From the NCBI GenBank assembly GCA_977020255.1, contig CDROCS010000004.1, forward strand, positions 62,001 to 126,000: DNA of 64,000 bases. The letters run 5' to 3'. The position numbers and the translations under genes were made by a program. The notes under the pieces were generated by a model. That model saw nothing but the letters and a program-made list of their open reading frames with translations, was not told the DNA's origin and ran no database searches. The DNA is from Obrimoposthia wandeli (lineage: Eukaryota). Positions 61,763 through 64,000 of this stretch are shown one piece after another (positions within the stretch are counted from its first letter, which is position 1; each line of letters opens with the position of its first letter).

Positions 61763-61970
61763 TCAGGACTGACCAACAACATATTTCGCTTCAATGGACT
61801 TTGTCAATCTCTGTGTAGATGAGCACGGTGCAGTTTGACAGCTAATGTCATTGAAACTGTCCCAGACCAGGTGGCAGTGAGAGTCAGCGTTGACTTGGCT
61901 CAGTGATGATGTGTGCTTATCAACCTTATCTGTGGTCAGTGATGGTCGCCTCTGATTGATCAGAGGTGTG
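61763..61970 (-). CDS. Possible terminal exon of a convergent neighbouring host gene
   Basis: GC-richer island with exon-like composition, a TTTATAG acceptor (61971-72) and an open frame to TGA; no recognisable domain. Confidence 0.3.
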
Positions 61971-62559
61971 CTATAAATAATAATAAAGAAAACAAAATTT
62001 GAATACAGATAGAACTCGCTAATCCAAAATAATATTTTATTTACATTTCGGATAAAGAAATATTTTTTATAATTATTCTGTGAAAACTGAAAATTATGAT
62101 TCTTTTTAAAATAATTATAATTTATTGACAATAAATTAAGATAATTTTCAACTAAGATACATATTCAAGACAATTTGGGCTTTTCTGAAAAATCTGAAAG
62201 CATATTTTGCTTTCTATTTTTAACAATGAAATCGTTTGCATCCCATTTCATTTTGGCAAGTTTCGTTGAACTTCTCTATTAATTAGAACATTTGTATTAA
62301 ATTGTGGGCAATATTTTATCACAATATGAAAAGAATGTAAAACTGTGATCAAAGTTAGAGATTTTGTAGCATCATTAATTTCTTCACGTTCACTAACATC
62401 ATCAATTTGTTTTAGATTATCTTCTATTAGATAACTGATATCAGAATCAAAATGATTTTCACAGGTTTCTGCAAATTTTTATCCATTAATAATTTCCTTC
62501 ATCGTAGGCGACAAATCATCGAATATTGGATCAGTTCCTTGAATTTCTAGTGAACTCTC

Positions 62560-63060
62560 TGTTGATCATCTCAGTTTTGTGAACAATTATAAATTGTTGT
62601 TTTAGAAACTTTTGCATATGCTACATTGACCATAAGTATAGCTTTCTTTATATCTATAATACATGGTCTATCAAATTTATCGAATAATCTGTAACAGTTT
62701 GCTTGCGGTAATATAATTTGAAATTTACAATCATTCCTGCATCGAAAGGCTATAAATGAGCTGTAGTATTTTTCAGCAACGTACAAATAGTGATATTGTG
62801 GTAACTTCGTTGTTCAATATGCAAGGAAGTTTTATCCAAAATCATGGGGAAAATTTTGTTTGGATGTAATCTGTGGAGTTCGGTACTGGTTAAGGAAAGC
62901 CATTTATTAAAAAGTTCTTCAGTCATCCACGCTTTTGAATTGCTAAAATAAATCACGAATTGAGAAAATTTTAAGTTTATGACGCATCCAGATTTTTTTC
63001 GAGTCACCTATTGTTGCTGTTGAATTTGGACATGAATCAATGGTTATTATTCGTTTGGAC
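62560..63060 (-). mobile_element. Decayed Tigger/pogo (DDE_1) transposase
   Basis: YFSNSKAWMT..LF..WL...ILD..SLH...LLKNTTAHL and IKKAILMV..AY..VS..TI.NC. Confidence 0.7.
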
Positions 63061-64000
63061 CTTTTCCCTCTTCTCCTATTTGTATGTGAAATTTAATGTT
63101 CTGGGAAGGCTTGATAACTCAGTCCTGTTTCGAATTTGTATTCATTATGTTTGTAATTTTTTAGACAATTGTCATGTTTAAGTCTTTCATATCAAAACTA
63201 GTTTTAATATGAATTAATATTTTCTTTGAATTACCATGGCATAATACTTTGTGTATTTCTAAAACAAAATCTGACCTATTTTTAAAAGATTGTATATTTT
63301 CTAATGTTTATAGTTAATACAGTTAATATAGTTAATATAGTTAATATAGTTAATAGATTCTCAATATTCATTGGTTTCTTTTTGTTTCTTAAAATTAGCT
63401 ATTTCATCTGAATATTTTTGTACATCATGAATCTGTGACTCGTCTGACATAACTAAAGTTATCGTCTTTAGTTTCTCCAACTTTGGGTGAGTAAGTGTAT
63501 CTAAACTCATACGTGACAAGAAATCCATTTAAATGTCCCTTTATGTACTCTAATCTAATATCGAAACAACTTATAAAATTTGTCCAGCTTTGGAACTGCG
63601 CTGTAATGAGCTTCTTTGTTGTCATAATAAAGGTTACGCTCAGTAAAATTGAATTTCATAACCTATAGTAAAATGAAATTAACAATTAACATACACTAAT
63701 AAAAACTTACCATTGAACATAAATGAATAACATGGCGCAAAATCAATTCCATAAATATATGGATGCATACACACACTAACATGCATGGGTAGAAAAAATA
63801 GTTGGTATGTGATTTTAATACAAAGGACAATGAAACAAAATGAATACCATAACGAAAAGTGAATACCATAAAAGAAAACGACCTAAACTCAGTTTTTTAC
63901 GTGTTATTTGACGTTTAGAACGAATTTATAGGCATGAAAAGGTAATTTAAGCAATATATTTTGAATTTTTAATATAAAATATGGCAGAAAATGAATTAGA

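Overview
AT-rich eukaryotic (animal-like) genomic window. The host gene is the 3' two-thirds of an axonemal outer-arm dynein heavy chain (DNAH5/DNAH8 family). It has 28 phase-consistent exons from 11308 to the stop at 60687, and two GC-AG introns. Two divergent Polinton/Maverick (adintovirus-like) elements lie in the region. Element 1 (<1-10578, left end outside the window) carries pPolB, a packaging ATPase, core proteins, an integrase, minor and major capsid proteins, an adenain protease and a DEDD-like ORF; its end has tandem repeats and a perfect 63-bp-arm hairpin. Element 2 (18006-29214, 6-bp TSD TTAGTA) sits inside a 17-kb dynein intron. It is a rearranged fold-back element whose inverted terminal arms have grown to about 3.6 kb and contain whole genes. 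Main signals: (i) both elements encode an orthologous, compact TATA-binding-protein-like gene, although no RNA polymerase gene is visible in either; (ii) tiny (38-42 bp) GT-AG introns missed by the ORF track repair the TBP-like gene of element 2 and the protease genes of both elements; (iii) a tandem paralog pair with a possible OB-fold/SSB signature shares a bidirectional TATA/CCAAT promoter with the TBP-like gene. The other introns hold decayed piggyBac, hAT, pogo/Tigger, Tc1 and Gypsy fragments and a fold-back MITE. All assignments come from motif recognition and manual translation; no searches were run.
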